28,485 nucleotides of DNA from Calditrichaceae bacterium. Its GTDB lineage: Bacteria > Calditrichota > Calditrichia > Calditrichales > JBFXGD01. The notes beneath the pieces were generated by a model. The model was not told the origin of the DNA and made no database searches. It was given only the letters and a program-made list of their open reading frames with translations. The stretch lies in contig JBFXGD010000029.1 in assembly GCA_050178385.1 (NCBI GenBank), forward strand, positions 1-28,485, given 5' to 3'. Positions 27,305-28,485 of the stretch are shown in pieces; the first letter of the stretch is position 1, and every line of letters begins with the position of its first letter. The position numbers were made by a program, and so were the translations under genes.

Positions 27305-27580
27305 TCAGTTCCTTTTTAGAAGAAGCCAAACTCCAAAACCGACAAGAATAAACGGAAGCAAAGGGATTATTAATCCCAGAGGCACCAGAACAACTGACAG
27401 CAAAGCGGTGACAATTCCCAGGGGAATTAAAACAGCAACGACGACAACGGCGGTGATCGCCAGCCCGACAAAAAGCAGAGGTAATGATAATATAAAAATA
27501 CCGGCATGAAAAAACACACTGATAAATTTTATAAGTAACCAGCCAAGGAACAGAACCATGAAAATTGCTAAAATTTCCAT
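27305..27580 (-). CDS. Small hydrophobic membrane protein (LiaI-like, tentative)
   Basis: 91 aa, almost entirely hydrophobic, ending ILVGFGVWLLLKRN; GAGG RBS. Confidence 0.7.
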   Translation of the reverse strand: MEILAIFMVLFLGWLLIKFISVFFHAGIFILSLPLLFVGLAITAVVVVAVLIPLGIVTALLSVVLVPLGLIIPLLPFILVGFGVWLLLKRN

Positions 27581-27635
27581 ATGAACCTCATTAAAATCAT
27601 TATTATAGACAGCTGCTTAGTCTGATAATTTTTCT

Positions 27636-27661
27636 TACGTGTAATTTAACCGAAAGATTCA
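27636..27661 (-). promoter_or_regulatory. ECF (SigW-like) promoter candidate
   Basis: TGAATC-16 bp-CGTA, versus the Bacillus SigW consensus TGAAAC-N16-CGTA. Confidence 0.5.
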
Positions 27662-27786
27662 AATTATATCAACCGTTAATTAATTAAATTAATTTATATC
27701 TTTTTCAGAAGATTATCGTATATGAAAAGGAAGCGAAAATCATCAGAAACGTGTAACGAAGACAGGATTTGGCAAAAGGAGATATC

Positions 27787-28485
27787 ATGATAGCATTAAA
27801 CGCGGTTGCTTCTGTTGTTCTCGCCATTGTTATTACAAGTACTCCCAGTGAGAAAATCAGAAAAGCCTATCATCTTGACGGATTGGAAAGCGCTGATATC
27901 AATATCTCGTTTGGAGCCGGACGTATCGAGATTAATTCCGGTAACATTTCAGATCTGTACCAGGGTAATTTTGAATATACCGGAACAGAACCTGAAGTTC
28001 AGATAAGCGCTAGCAGAAATTTCGCGGATGTCCGGATTTCTCAGAACGAAACCCGGCCGGAAAAGGATAAAAAATCAGATATAAAAATCCATAATTTGGA
28101 AAATCTCTCCGACAATATCTGGAATATTACACTTACAAACCGGATTCCGCTCAATCTTGACCTTGATCTCGGCGCATCAAAATCATATTTAAATCTCGGA
28201 GGGCTGAAGTTAGAAAAGGTTAATATAGAAACCGGTCTGAGTAAGACAGACCTTGATTTTGGCCTGGTAAATCCGGTATCCTTGTCTTCTTTGGTGATAG
28301 ATGCCGGTATCAGTAAATTCACGGGCAGAAGACTTCTGAACAGCCGGTTCAGAAAGTTTATTTTTAACGGTGGAGTCGGAGATTACAAGCTGGAATTTGA
28401 CGGCGAATTCACTACAGAGGCTAATATTGATATCAATGTTGATCTTGGCTCTATTTTGATTATTATCCCGAAGTCGGTTCCATAT
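27787..28485 (+). CDS. Exported toast-rack/DUF4097 (LiaG/LiaF-like) beta-solenoid protein, 3' end outside the window
   Basis: Not in the ORF track because it has no stop. ATG 27787 with AGGAG RBS; open to the window end; repeats INISFGAGRIEI, LDLDLGASKSYLNL, IDAGISKF, FNGGVGDYKL, INVDLGSILI. Confidence 0.8.
   Translation, partial: MIALNAVASVVLAIVITSTPSEKIRKAYHLDGLESADINISFGAGRIEINSGNISDLYQGNFEYTGTEPEVQISASRNFADVRISQNETRPEKDKKSDIKIHNLENLSDNIWNITLTNRIPLNLDLDLGASKSYLNLGGLKLEKVNIETGLSKTDLDFGLVNPVSLSSLVIDAGISKFTGRRLLNSRFRKFIFNGGVGDYKLEFDGEFTTEANIDINVDLGSILIIIPKSVPY

Noticed and set aside
27806..28322. Track ORFs 27806-28006 (+) and 28041-28322 (-)
   Set aside because: Alternative frames of the real unterminated gene starting at 27787

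Overview
Gene-dense chromosomal segment of a Gram-negative bacterium. No transposase, integrase, phage module or CRISPR array was seen. Left to right it holds: a NYN/LOTUS protein, an M28 peptidase, a small orphan, and a complete tol-pal operon (stand-alone receiver-tolQ-tolR-tolA-tolB-[inserted lipoprotein]-pal-cpoB). Next come an OmpA-family pseudogene kept in one frame but broken by three stops, an NtrC-type sigma-54 two-component pair, an acyl-CoA thioesterase, a multi-PAS hybrid kinase, an orphan and a single-domain receiver. A five-tRNA cluster with tadA embedded follows, then csp, tauE, an N-terminally truncated rho, an M29-like aminopeptidase, a DUF2007 protein, a tandem-AP2 protein, a membrane protein, ppa, yciH, a Cys-rich PAS protein and a divergent LiaI/LiaG-like pair. 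The most notable signal is non-coding. The ompA pseudogene and the receiver-tol-pal operon share a near-identical upstream architecture: a TGGCATG-N3-ATTGA sigma-54-like core, a TAA(G/A)(T/C)-N15-ACTTA element at the same 27-bp offset, and TATCATGT-led TGT-N10/11-ACA sites. This sits next to a GAFTGA enhancer-binding protein and suggests a locally encoded, sigma-54-inducible envelope (Tol-Pal/OmpA) module with an extra lipoprotein. All family calls come from motif recognition by eye; no searches were run.
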